Source: Patescibacteria group bacterium
GTDB taxonomy: Bacteria; Patescibacteriota; Minisyncoccia; Phycocordibacterales; Phycocordibacteraceae
Assembly (NCBI GenBank): GCA_040384705.1
Contig: JAZKIU010000001.1
Location: 295,675 to 338,025 of the forward strand
DNA: 42,351 bases
Direction: 5' to 3'
Positions 25,961 through 35,202 of the stretch are shown here, one piece after another. The notes under the pieces were generated by a model. It was given only the letters and a program-made list of their open reading frames with translations, made no database searches and was not told the DNA's origin. The first letter of the stretch is position 1. Each line of letters starts with the position of its first letter. The translations under genes were made by a program, and so were the position numbers.

Positions 25961-26222
25961 CAGAATCTCCAGTTTGGTTTTTTGTGCAGCTGCCGATAGG
26001 GAGAACGAGAAAAGAGAGGTTGCCCTCTCTGGTCCGCCTTTCCGCACCGGTCAGTATGAGGAGTATAACATCCGTAAGTAGGGTGTCAAATACAAAAACC
26101 CACGGTTGTGCCGTGGGCGGAAAGAACATCGAGATAGGAAGGGAAGGTGGGGACGCGCTCGACCACGTCCCCACCCCCTCGAGCACCGATCAGGGGCGTT
26201 GAACCGATCGGCGACTCAAGCC

Positions 26223-26432
26223 CTAACGCATCGTCGGAGCGAAGCTGCGACTGGCGTGGCCGTCGATGATGTGGCCTTGCTCACTCGCTCGGCCATCGTC
26301 GCTGCCACCGCCATTCCCGCTGCCGCCCGCGCCAACGCGCGGCTGCGGCGGGTCGTTATCCTGCTGCGTCAGGCGCCTGCGTTCTTGGGGTGCCTGTCGA
26401 AGCGATTCAGTACTGAAGCTTCCGTCCCTCAT
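26223..26432 (-). CDS. putative disordered Gly-rich microprotein (69 aa)
   Basis: ATG with GGGA upstream and a downstream hairpin (about 26147-26174); no family signal. Confidence 0.35.
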   Translation of the reverse strand: MRDGSFSTESLRQAPQERRRLTQQDNDPPQPRVGAGGSGNGGGSDDGRASEQGHIIDGHASRSFAPTMR

Positions 26433-26516
26433 GCGTATATCCCACTTCCAAACAATGAAATCGCCGCGGGTGCGACGATACGGCAATACTACCAAAAAAG
26501 GCATGGGCTGTACACG

Positions 26517-26700
26517 AAACCGCGCCATATGGCGCGGTGCTATAGAAGGGGAATCGACCCTGCTGCTCCATAAAGCTCAAGAGAGCCCGGGAAAATGGTG
26601 AGGGCAGGGCCGACCCGTGACGCAGACTGGATGCATTCATCCAATCCCTACTCATGTCCGGGCTTGCGTCCAGACCCCCTCACTCTACGCCTAGCTCAGC
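26517..26700 (-). ncRNA. candidate structured ncRNA with pseudoknot and terminator
   Basis: Four helices found by eye; G-U wobble favours minus strand; ends in hairpin accgcgccatatggcgcggttt. Confidence 0.5.
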
Positions 26701-26796
26701 ATTTGTTAAGAGGGCCGAGGAAGCGGGGTGGATAGCGGTATTGAGTGGTCCCTCGCTCACGCAAACCCTGCTTTCATGCTATAATCATGCCTATAT

Positions 26797-27441
26797 ATGG
26801 TCATCACCCATCACGGCGGCCAGTGCTTCAAAGTCACCTTCGGTGACTTGACCCTTGTCTTCGACCCTATCTCCAAGGGTGGTACGCTCCCGGCTGTCCG
26901 CTTCGGCTCCGACGTGGCGCTCTCGTCGCGCAACCACCCGAACATGAACGGGTTCGACGAGGTCTCCTTCAATGGGAAGGAGCCGTTCGCGATAACGGGC
27001 CCCGGGGAATACGAGCATTCGGGCGTGACGGTGCAGGGCTTCCTCACCAAGAGCCAGTACGGCCTCCCGAAGGGGCAGCTCGATGCGGTGAACACCGTCT
27101 ATGCGGTCTCGCTCGAAGGCATGACCATCGTGCACCTCGGTGCGCTCTCGGACGCAGTGCTCTCGCATGAGGCGAGAGAAGCCATCGATGAGATAGACAT
27201 TCTGTTCGTCCCAGTCGGAGGCGACGGCGTGCTCTCTCCTGCAGAAGCTTTCAAGCTTGCGGTATCGCTTGAGCCCCGCATCATCATCCCGATGCACTGG
27301 AGCGGCATGGGCGAGGAGAAGGCGCTCGATACATTCCTCAAGGAGGAGGGAAGCAAGGACGTGCAGAAAGTGGACAAGCTCACCCTTAAGAAGAAGGACG
27401 CCGCGGAGAAGGACGGCGCTATTGTCGTAATCACCCCCTAG
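26797..27441 (+). CDS. MBL-fold metallo-hydrolase (UlaG/Lactamase_B_3-like)
   Basis: ITHHG..CF, FDP, I.GPGEYE..G, HLG.L, IDILFVPVGG, IIPMHW; metal motif partly degenerate (SRNHPNMN). Confidence 0.85.
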   Translation: MVITHHGGQCFKVTFGDLTLVFDPISKGGTLPAVRFGSDVALSSRNHPNMNGFDEVSFNGKEPFAITGPGEYEHSGVTVQGFLTKSQYGLPKGQLDAVNTVYAVSLEGMTIVHLGALSDAVLSHEAREAIDEIDILFVPVGGDGVLSPAEAFKLAVSLEPRIIIPMHWSGMGEEKALDTFLKEEGSKDVQKVDKLTLKKKDAAEKDGAIVVITP

Positions 27442-27456
27442 TCGCATACTTTAGAT

Positions 27457-27822
27457 ATGGCACCCCTCTCCCATCACCTCGAGCGCGTACGGGCGAAGCC
27501 CCACCACGAGCAGCGCAAGATAGCGTTCGCGACCGCGCTCGGCGTGACCGGCCTCGTCACGCTCGGCTGGCTCGGCGCGCTCGCAAGCTCCCCGGTGCTC
27601 GCGCTCAATCCGCGCTCCAACCAGAGCGAAGAGCTCAACATGCAGGACGCGCTCACTGACACCCGCTCGAATTTCTCCGAGCTCGCGGGCGCAGCCGCTG
27701 CCGCCATCGGCGCGACCACCTCGCCTGCGCGCATCACCGTCGTCGATACGAAGACGACCTCGACGCTCGACGCTCCGAAGCAGAACCACAACGACACGCA
27801 CGAGACCGTCCTTACGTTTTAA
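27457..27822 (+). CDS. hypothetical single-TM protein
   Basis: LERVRAKP.HE..KIAF then TM; 3 nt before gyrA. Confidence 0.75.
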   Translation: MAPLSHHLERVRAKPHHEQRKIAFATALGVTGLVTLGWLGALASSPVLALNPRSNQSEELNMQDALTDTRSNFSELAGAAAAAIGATTSPARITVVDTKTTSTLDAPKQNHNDTHETVLTF

Positions 27823-27825
27823 TAC

Positions 27826-30291
27826 ATGGCCAAGAAGCAAGAACCAGTTCCAGAGGCGGTGCCGCGCATTAACATTATCGATCAGTCGATAACGAGCGAG
27901 ATGCGCCAGTCGTACATCGACTACGCGATGACCGTCATCACGAGCCGCGCGCTCCCTGACGTGCGCGACGGCCTTAAGCCGGTGCACCGCCGCATCCTCT
28001 ACGCGATGCGCATGACGGGCCTCACGCCGCAGGCAAAGTTCCGCAAGTCGGCGACGGTGGTCGGAGAGGTGCTCGGTTCGTACCACCCGCATGGCGACAT
28101 GTCGGTGTACGACGCGATGGTGAAGCTCGCGCAGGAGTTCTCGACCCGCTACCCGCTCGTGCTCGGGCAGGGAAACTTCGGATCCATCGATGGTGACCCG
28201 GCTGCTGCATACAGGTACACCGAAGCGAAGATGTCGCGCATCGCCGACGAGATGCTCCGTGACCTTGAGAAGGAGACCGTGGAGTGGATTCCGAACTTCG
28301 ACGGCTCAAAGACCGAGCCAACGGTGCTCCCGGCCGCTGCTCCGAATCTCCTGCTTAACGGCGCGCTCGGCATCGCGGTGGGTATGGCGACGAACATCCC
28401 GCCGCATAACCTGAGGGAGGTCGTGGACGCGACGACGCATTTGATAGACAACCCGGACGCGACGACCGATGACCTCCTTGAATTCGTGAAGGGTCCGGAC
28501 TTCCCGCTCGGCGCAATCGCGTTCAACCAGACCGACATCAAGCACGCGTACACGAACGGCCGTGGTGGCGTGGTCGTGCGCGGCGAGGCGGAGATAATAG
28601 AGGAGAAGAAGGGAACGAACATCGTCATCACCTCCATCCCGTACCGCGTGAACAAGGCGGACCTCATCACGCGCATCGCCGACCTCGTGCGCGACAAGAA
28701 GCTCGAGGGCGTGAAGGATCTGCGCGACGAGTCCGCAGCTGACATTCGCGTCGTGGTGGAGCTCAAAGGCACCGCGCACCCTCAGGCCGTCCTCAACAAC
28801 CTCTACAAGCACACCGAGCTCGAGAGTACCTTCCACTACAACATGCTCGCGCTCGTCGACGGCGTACCGCAGACGCTCTCGCTCAAGGGCATGCTCGAGT
28901 CGTTCATCCTTCACCGCAAGGAAGTGGTGAAGCGCCGTACCGAATACGAGCTCAAGAAAGCGCAGGAGCGCGAGCATATTCTCTTGGGCCTCTCGAAGGC
29001 GCTCGACCACATCGATGAGGTCATCGCCATCATCAAGAAGTCGAAGGACGTCCCGACCGCGTCCGAGGCGCTCCAGAAGAAGTTCGCCTTCTCCCCTATA
29101 CAGACTGCCGCTATTCTTTCCATGCGCCTCCAGACGCTCGCGGGCCTCGAGCGCAAGAAGATAGAGGACGAGCTCGCAGAAATTCAGGACCTCATCAAGC
29201 GACTCCAGAAGATACTCTCGTCGGCGAAAAACATCTTGACTGTGGTACGCGCGGAGCTCGTCGATGTGCGCGATAAGTACGGGGACGACCGCCGTACGAA
29301 GATAGTGAAGGGCGGCGTGAAGAATATCTCGGTGGAAGACCTCGTGCCGGATGAGGAGTCCGTTCTCGTGCTCACCGCTGGCGGGTACGTGAAGCGCACG
29401 AACCCTGACGAGTACAAGCAGCAGAAGCGCGGCGGCGTGGGCGTCGTGGATATTTCTACCAAGGAGGAGGACGTCGTCACGCACTTCCTCAAGGCTTCGG
29501 CGCACTCCGAACTCCTCTTCTTCACCGACTTCGGCAAGGCGTACCAGCTGAAGATGTACGAGCTTCCGGAAGGGAAGCGCGCGACGAAGGGCAAGTCCAT
29601 CATGAACTTCCTCCAGCTCTCGGGCGAGGAGAAGGTGACGAGCGTACTCGCGGTGCCCAAGGGCGCCGCGCGCGACGCGCTCTCGGTGTTCTTCGTGACC
29701 TCGGCCGGCGTCGTGAAGAAGGTGGAGGCCAAGAACTTCGCGGACGTGCGCCGGTCCGGAATCATCGCTATCAATCTCCAGAAGGGCGATAAGCTCGTCT
29801 CGGCATCGCTCGCAGGCGAAGGTGACAGTATTTCCATAGTTACAGCCAAGGGACAGAGCATACGCTTCGACGAGGCGGACACGCGCGCCATGGGCCGCAC
29901 CGCAGGCGGCGTGCGCGGCATGAGCGTAAAGGCGGACGACCGCGTGGTATCGGCCGAAGTCGTCTCGGCAGGCGCTAAGGGCGCCACGCTCCTCGTCATC
30001 ATGGACAAGGGATACGGCAAGAAGACCTCGCTCAACGAATACAAGATACAAGGACGCGGCGGCTCGGGAATCAAGACCGCGGAAGTGACCGCGAAGACCG
30101 GTGAGATAATCGGTGCGAAGGTGCTCATAGGGGAAGCGGACTCCGAGGAGGAGATAGTCGTCATCTCGAAGAAGGGCCAGGTCATACGCGTGACGTCGGC
30201 CGAGATACCGTCGCTCTCTCGCGCGACCCAGGGCGTACGCATCATGAAGATGCGGGAGGGGGATTCGATCGCTTCGATGGTTGCGCTGTAG
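27826..30291 (+). CDS. gyrA: DNA gyrase subunit A
   Basis: [29 protein letters not shown] catalytic Tyr, GyrA-box QKRGGVG. Confidence 0.98.
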   Translation: MAKKQEPVPEAVPRINIIDQSITSEMRQSYIDYAMTVITSRALPDVRDGLKPVHRRILYAMRMTGLTPQAKFRKSATVVGEVLGSYHPHGDMSVYDAMVKLAQEFSTRYPLVLGQGNFGSIDGDPAAAYRYTEAKMSRIADEMLRDLEKETVEWIPNFDGSKTEPTVLPAAAPNLLLNGALGIAVGMATNIPPHNLREVVDATTHLIDNPDATTDDLLEFVKGPDFPLGAIAFNQTDIKHAYTNGRGGVVVRGEAEIIEEKKGTNIVITSIPYRVNKADLITRIADLVRDKKLEGVKDLRDESAADIRVVVELKGTAHPQAVLNNLYKHTELESTFHYNMLALVDGVPQTLSLKGMLESFILHRKEVVKRRTEYELKKAQEREHILLGLSKALDHIDEVIAIIKKSKDVPTASEALQKKFAFSPIQTAAILSMRLQTLAGLERKKIEDELAEIQDLIKRLQKILSSAKNILTVVRAELVDVRDKYGDDRRTKIVKGGVKNISVEDLVPDEESVLVLTAGGYVKRTNPDEYKQQKRGGVGVVDISTKEEDVVTHFLKASAHSELLFFTDFGKAYQLKMYELPEGKRATKGKSIMNFLQLSGEEKVTSVLAVPKGAARDALSVFFVTSAGVVKKVEAKNFADVRRSGIIAINLQKGDKLVSASLAGEGDSISIVTAKGQSIRFDEADTRAMGRTAGGVRGMSVKADDRVVSAEVVSAGAKGATLLVIMDKGYGKKTSLNEYKIQGRGGSGIKTAEVTAKTGEIIGAKVLIGEADSEEEIVVISKKGQVIRVTSAEIPSLSRATQGVRIMKMREGDSIASMVAL

Positions 30292-30308
30292 TACCTCCTG
30301 ATGTTGAT

Positions 30309-30337
30309 GCACGGGCCGCGTACTGCGCGGCCCGTGC
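30309..30337 (+). terminator. terminator after gyrA
   Basis: gcacgggccgcg / cgcggcccgtgc + tattttt. Confidence 0.8.
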
Positions 30338-30350
30338 TATTTTTATAGTA

Positions 30351-30881
30351 ATGAATTTCTCTGAGCCCAAGAGCAACGTCCTTCAGATAGGTCTTAAGGA
30401 GGGGATGAAAGTAGGTGATCTCGGCGCGGGCTCCGGCCACTATGCGGTCGCTGCCGCATCGGTCGTGGGCGAGACCGGACATGTGTACGCCGTCGATATC
30501 CAGGAGGACATCCTGAAACGCGTCCGTGATCTCGCGCACGAGCGCGGGCTCAAGAATCTTTCGACCGTATGGGGGAACTTCGAGAAACTGGGCGGCACTA
30601 CGCTCCGCGACCACACGCTCGATGCCGTCATCCTCTCGAACACGTTATTCCAGCTCGAGCACCGCGAAGGCGCGCTCGAGGAGATACGTCGAATCCTCAA
30701 GCCGGGAGGAAGGCTCCTCGTCATCGATTGGGCGGGCGCGTACGGCGGCATGGGACCGGCTCCGCACCAGGTGGTGCCCGAGCACGCTGCCGAGGAACTG
30801 TTCATAGGAGGCGGGTTCCATAAGACGAAAGCGTTCCGTGCTGGTCCGCATCATTATTCGATACTCTTCACTGCGCCCTAA
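30351..30881 (+). CDS. class I SAM-dependent methyltransferase
   Basis: VGDLGAGSG, VYAVDIQ, LKPGGRLLVIDW. Confidence 0.92.
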   Translation: MNFSEPKSNVLQIGLKEGMKVGDLGAGSGHYAVAAASVVGETGHVYAVDIQEDILKRVRDLAHERGLKNLSTVWGNFEKLGGTTLRDHTLDAVILSNTLFQLEHREGALEEIRRILKPGGRLLVIDWAGAYGGMGPAPHQVVPEHAAEELFIGGGFHKTKAFRAGPHHYSILFTAP

Positions 30882-30882
30882 T

Positions 30883-32190
30883 ATGGCTAACATGCGACCC
30901 TTCCAAATAGTGATACTCGCCGTCTTCGGGCTTGCGGCAATCCTCGGCCTCGCGCTCTTCGCGAGCTTCCAGGGATTCGGACGCAATGCGAGCGAAGTGG
31001 GCGCGGTGACGATATGGGGATTGCTTCCTGAAAGCGCGTTCGATCCTGCGCTCACCGAGCTCAAGCAGGTGCATAAGGAATACGGGAAGGTGACGTATAC
31101 CGCGTTCGAAGCCGCTACGTTCGATACCCAGCTCGCTAACGCGCTCGCGTCAGGGACCGGTCCCGATCTCATCCTCATCAACCAGGAGCATCTGCTCACG
31201 GAGCGTAGCCGGCTTTCCGTCATTCCGTACTCCTCCATCACCGAACGCGCGTTCCGCGACAGCTATCTGCCTATATTCGATACCTACCTCTCCACGGAAG
31301 GCACCTACGGCATCCCGCTCCTCGTCGACCCGCTCGTCCTTTATTACAACCCGACCGCGCTTTCGGCAGCCGGCGTAGTGCAGCCGCCCTCCACGTGGGA
31401 AGCGGTCACTGGTCTCACGCCCACCCTTACGCGCATCACGAACGCGCAGGCGATATCACGGAGCGCCATAGCGCTCGGGACGTATGAGAACGTAGCGCAC
31501 GCACGCGCCATCCTCTCGCTCCTCTTCTTCCAGGCAGGGCAGCCCATCATAGAGAAGACGCAGCTCGGCCTACGCTCTACGCTCGGCGAGTCCGGTGGCG
31601 ATACGTTCGGTTCCTCGGCCGCCGAGTCCGCCCTCAACTTCTATACGGAGTTCGCGAATCCGACGAAAACCATATACACCTGGAACCGCTCCCTTCCCGA
31701 TTCCCGCCAAGCCTTCACTCGAGGCGATTCCGTCTTCTATCTCGGATACGCTTCCGAGCGTGCGGGCATTGCGGCCGCGAACCCGAACCTGCCCTTCGAT
31801 ATGGCGATGGTGCCGCAGCCGGCGACCGCAAGCGCGAAGACCACCTACGGCAAGGCGTATGCGTTCGCGCTCCCGAAGGCGTCGAAGAACGCGAGCGGCG
31901 CGTACGAGGTCGCCTTCGCTATGACCGCGAAGGACATCCTGCCTGCGCTGGCACGTGGAGCGGGCATGGCGCCTGGTGTCCGCAGTTTCCTCACGCCCTC
32001 GACCGAGGACCTATACGAGCCCGTCTACTACCCGCAGGCGCTCGTGGCACGCGCCTGGCTGTCCCCAGCGCCCGCAAGCCTCGACGCGGTCTTTGCCGCT
32101 ATGATTGGGAATGTGACCAGCGGCCGTATGAACGTGAAGCAGGCGCTGGATAGCGCTGACCAAGCGCTTAATGCCGCGCTCTCGCAATAA
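30883..32190 (+). CDS. membrane-anchored extracellular solute-binding protein (sugar-type, family 1)
   Basis: N-terminal TM; VTIWG, ALASG.GPDL, YGIPL.VDPL.LYYN, PP.TWE, AF..G. Confidence 0.85.
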   Translation: MANMRPFQIVILAVFGLAAILGLALFASFQGFGRNASEVGAVTIWGLLPESAFDPALTELKQVHKEYGKVTYTAFEAATFDTQLANALASGTGPDLILINQEHLLTERSRLSVIPYSSITERAFRDSYLPIFDTYLSTEGTYGIPLLVDPLVLYYNPTALSAAGVVQPPSTWEAVTGLTPTLTRITNAQAISRSAIALGTYENVAHARAILSLLFFQAGQPIIEKTQLGLRSTLGESGGDTFGSSAAESALNFYTEFANPTKTIYTWNRSLPDSRQAFTRGDSVFYLGYASERAGIAAANPNLPFDMAMVPQPATASAKTTYGKAYAFALPKASKNASGAYEVAFAMTAKDILPALARGAGMAPGVRSFLTPSTEDLYEPVYYPQALVARAWLSPAPASLDAVFAAMIGNVTSGRMNVKQALDSADQALNAALSQ

Positions 32191-32193
32191 ATC

Positions 32194-32655
32194 ATGCCAC
32201 GATTCATCTCCTTCCTCTTCGTTCTCGCGGTAGTCAGCGTCCCGTTGTTCGCGGTCGCGCAATCGTGCCCTGCCGGCCAGATTTATACGAACGGCGCATG
32301 CAAGGCGGTTACGGGAACAGGCAATCCGACCGCGCCCTCTCCTGGGGGAACAGGCAATCCGACCGCTCCCGGTCCAGAACGTCCCGATAATGGCGGCCTC
32401 GTTAATCCGCTTAAGGGCATTGATTCGCTTCCGCAGCTCCTGACCGCCATTCTTAATGCGATAGTGCAGATAGGGACCATCATCCTCACGCTGGCGCTCG
32501 TATACGTCGGCTTCCTCTTCGTGGTCGCGCAGGGAAGCGAGGAGAAGATACGGGATGCTAAGGGTGCGCTCCTCTGGACCCTCATCGGAGGCCTCATCCT
32601 GCTCGGTGCGTCCGCCATAGGGGCGGTCGTTGCGGCGACCGTCGGTAAACTATAG
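32194..32655 (+). CDS. VirB2/TrbC-like pilin with Cys and Pro/Gly-rich N-terminal extension
   Basis: Signal peptide; LVNPL...; VYVGFLFVVAQG.EEKI..AK..L.WT.IG; tandem GTGNPTAP x2. Confidence 0.8.
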   Translation: MPRFISFLFVLAVVSVPLFAVAQSCPAGQIYTNGACKAVTGTGNPTAPSPGGTGNPTAPGPERPDNGGLVNPLKGIDSLPQLLTAILNAIVQIGTIILTLALVYVGFLFVVAQGSEEKIRDAKGALLWTLIGGLILLGASAIGAVVAATVGKL

Positions 32656-32657
32656 AT

Positions 32658-32903
32658 ATGAGCTTTAAGGAACTGGTGGAGGGTGTCGTGGTTCCTTTCT
32701 TCGATAAGGGCGTCATTCCGCTCCTGTACGCGCTTGCCTTCCTGTTCTTCCTCGTTGGCATCGTGCGCTATTTCTTCATCAGCGGGAGCGAGGAGGCCCG
32801 GGAAAGCGGGAAGCAGCTCATGGTCTGGGGCATCATAGGCCTCGTCGTCATATTCTCCATATGGAGCATCGTGAGCCTGCTGCTTGAGAGCGCCTTCGGA
32901 TAG
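32658..32903 (+). CDS. VirB2/TrbC-like pilin
   Basis: P.L.ALAF..F..G...YF...G.EE....GK.LMVWGIIGL.V..S.W. Confidence 0.8.
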   Translation: MSFKELVEGVVVPFFDKGVIPLLYALAFLFFLVGIVRYFFISGSEEARESGKQLMVWGIIGLVVIFSIWSIVSLLLESAFG

Positions 32904-32950
32904 CGTGCATAACCGCTTGTGAGCGCGCTCGAGCTTGGTAGTCTGTACCT

Positions 32951-33439
32951 ATGAAACTAAAACGTCTTTCCGGTATATTCGCTGCCGTCCTCCTTGCCTT
33001 CGTTCTTCCGCTCTCGTTCGTGCACGCGGCCGTGGGTGACGATATCAAGAACAACCCTGTCGTCGAGATGATGCAGATGCTACTCGATCTCATCGACTAC
33101 ATACTCGTTCCGCTCATCTTCGCGCTCGCCTTCATCGCGTTCCTATGGGGAGTCTTTACGTACTTTATCGCTGGAGCTGCGGACGAAGAGAAGCGGGATA
33201 CGGGCAAGAAGTTCGTCACGTACGGCCTCATCGGCTTCTTCGTGATGGTGTCGGTATGGGGCATCGTGAATCTTCTCGTGAATTCGTTCTTCGGCGGGGT
33301 AGAGAGCCGTCCTGACCTCCCAACGTTCGATCAATCCGCGCGCGAAAGTAAGGATTCTGGAACGAGCACTCCATGCCCGACCGGCGAGACCTGCATTGAG
33401 GGCACCAATATACCTTCCAATCTCAACGGTCTTTACTAG
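32951..33439 (+). CDS. VirB2/TrbC-like pilin with C-terminal Cys-containing tail
   Basis: Signal peptide ending VHA; VPLIFALAFI.F.WG..YFIAG..DEEK...GK....YGLIGFFVMVSVWG. Confidence 0.8.
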   Translation: MKLKRLSGIFAAVLLAFVLPLSFVHAAVGDDIKNNPVVEMMQMLLDLIDYILVPLIFALAFIAFLWGVFTYFIAGAADEEKRDTGKKFVTYGLIGFFVMVSVWGIVNLLVNSFFGGVESRPDLPTFDQSARESKDSGTSTPCPTGETCIEGTNIPSNLNGLY

Positions 33440-33524
33440 CTGCTGTTTTCCACACGACCCCAAAGCCTCTATTGACGCTATGCCAGGGGGCTCTATGCTA
33501 TAGGGGTATCTCTAATCACCATCT

Positions 33525-33884
33525 ATGAAGAAATTCGGTTACATCGCAGCAGCCTTCTTGGCGCCATCATTTGCGTTCGCGCAGATAAACGCGACGAGTG
33601 CGCAGACCCTCGCGGTCGGCATCATCCAGTTCATAAACAGCATCGTTGTTCCTCTTATCTTCGCGCTCGCCTTCATCGTATTCATCTGGGGCGTGTTCAT
33701 CTACTTCATCGCGGGCGGCCACGATGAAGAGAAGAAGGAGTCAGGCAAGAGCCTTATGCTCTACGGCCTCATCGGCTTCTTCGTGATGGTGTCCGTCTGG
33801 GGCCTCGTGAATATCCTCACGGGTACCTTCAACCTCAACAAGAACGTGCCTCCGTATCCCGACGCTCCGCAGGTCAACACCTAA
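33525..33884 (+). CDS. VirB2/TrbC-like pilin (close paralog of 32951-33439)
   Basis: Signal peptide ending AFA-Q; same core motif; shared DNA such as tacggcctcatcggcttcttcgtgatggtgtc. Confidence 0.82.
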   Translation: MKKFGYIAAAFLAPSFAFAQINATSAQTLAVGIIQFINSIVVPLIFALAFIVFIWGVFIYFIAGGHDEEKKESGKSLMLYGLIGFFVMVSVWGLVNILTGTFNLNKNVPPYPDAPQVNT

Positions 33885-33903
33885 GCGGCATACTTCTCCA
33901 CCC

Positions 33904-33933
33904 GCAAGAACCGCCCGAAGGGGCGGTTCTTGC
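33904..33933 (+). terminator. hairpin/terminator within pilin array
   Basis: gcaagaaccgccc-gaag-gggcggttcttgc. Confidence 0.7.
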
Positions 33934-33946
33934 TATCATTGAGCGT

Positions 33947-34204
33947 ATGAAAACCTACGACGAGTTCATCAAGAGCGTCCAGACCGAGATACTCATGCCT
34001 ATCATCACGTTGCTCGCCATCATCGCGTTCGCGGTGTTCGTGTGGGGGGTGGTGCAGATGATTGCGGCGGCGGGCGATGAGGAGAAGCGCACGACCGGCC
34101 AGCGCCATATCGTATGGGGCATTGTCGGCCTCTTCATCCTCTTTGGCGCGAGCAGCATCGTCGCGCTGCTTTCAAGCACGATCTCTTCCACGCTCCCTAA
34201 TTAA
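33947..34204 (+). CDS. VirB2/TrbC-like pilin
   Basis: P.I.LL..IA..VFVWG....I.AAGDEEKRT.G..HIVWGIVGLFI. Confidence 0.8.
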   Translation: MKTYDEFIKSVQTEILMPIITLLAIIAFAVFVWGVVQMIAAAGDEEKRTTGQRHIVWGIVGLFILFGASSIVALLSSTISSTLPN

Positions 34205-34208
34205 GAAA

Positions 34209-34233
34209 ACAGCCCCGCGGAGCGCGGGGCTGT
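34209..34233. terminator. terminator between convergent units
   Basis: acagccccgcg / cgcggggctgt. Confidence 0.7.
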
Positions 34234-34257
34234 AGGTAACTCAGGAACTGAAAGATC

Positions 34258-35202
34258 TTATTCTTCGACGAACTCGCCGGCCAGGGCCAGCTCCTCGTCG
34301 TTCTCGGCCGGAGCAGGTGCCGCAACGGGAACGATGATGCCTTCGACTTTGTCGTTGGCGATATCGGTGTACCCGAGCGGGAGTTCGGCGCCAGTCTTCG
34401 ACTGAACGCCGACCGCATCCTGCATCACGCATCGCCCGGTCTCCCAGGCGAACGTCTCGGTGCCTATCCTGCACCACTTCCGATACCGCTCGAGAGCGGG
34501 ATCGATGGGGTCGCAGTTCGGGCTCACGCCCGGATCGCAGATGTGGGTGTTGTGCCCCTCAGCCGCAAGAATCCAGGTGATGCCCGTAGGCGGAGCGACG
34601 AAGGATACCCACATCTTCTCGCCGGTCGGGGGTCGCGTCTGCTTCACGGAAGCAGTGCGTCCCGATCCGTGCTTCGAGGACATATTGTCCATCGCGGTGC
34701 CGAAGATGCCGATCACCAGCAAGAAGATGCCGATGAAGTAGACGACGCTGCGGAATGGCTTCCCGCTCTTGCCCACCACATGTGTGATGACGAAGAGCAG
34801 GAAGTATGCCGCGACGCACCATAGCCATGCATTGCGCACGGCCGAGGCGATGGTCCCGGGAGAGGGGGATTTCACCCCGAACCCGAGACCAGCCGCAAGC
34901 AGTCCGAGCGCGATAACGCCGAGGACGCCTACGACTGCCCACTTCGCACCGCCCGACATGTTGAAGTCCATGTCGAACGCGCCTTCCTTATGGCCATGGC
35001 CATCGGAGGCGGCATGGACGGCCGGTTGATGGATCGTTGCCGAACCATGATCCGTCCTTCCATGCGCGTGCCCTGGACGCAGACGCTCAAACAATTGGTT
35101 ACGCGCTGCAGGCTTCATGCGTGAGACCAGCAGAGCGGCCGCGAGTACGAGGCACGCGACGATCTTGAGAATCGTGCCCCAGTCGATGGGTCCGATCATC
35201 AT
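34258..35202 (-). CDS. hypothetical multi-TM protein with His-rich linker and Cys-containing C-terminal domain
   Basis: About 4 TM helices; ATGA overlap with SPFH gene and GGAGG RBS; high GC3. Confidence 0.7.
   Translation of the reverse strand: MMIGPIDWGTILKIVACLVLAAALLVSRMKPAARNQLFERLRPGHAHGRTDHGSATIHQPAVHAASDGHGHKEGAFDMDFNMSGGAKWAVVGVLGVIALGLLAAGLGFGVKSPSPGTIASAVRNAWLWCVAAYFLLFVITHVVGKSGKPFRSVVYFIGIFLLVIGIFGTAMDNMSSKHGSGRTASVKQTRPPTGEKMWVSFVAPPTGITWILAAEGHNTHICDPGVSPNCDPIDPALERYRKWCRIGTETFAWETGRCVMQDAVGVQSKTGAELPLGYTDIANDKVEGIIVPVAAPAPAENDEELALAGEFVEE

Noticed and set aside
26538-26700. Intron-containing tRNA or tmRNA suggested by GGGTCGATTCCCC...GCACC
   Set aside because: No matching 7-bp acceptor stem, D-arm, anticodon arm, G3-U70 pair or tag ORF; kept only as an unknown ncRNA candidate
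32951-33884. Pilin DNA repeats as a diversity-generating retroelement TR/VR pair
   Set aside because: Differences are not adenine-specific, both copies are intact genes, and there is no reverse transcriptase in the window
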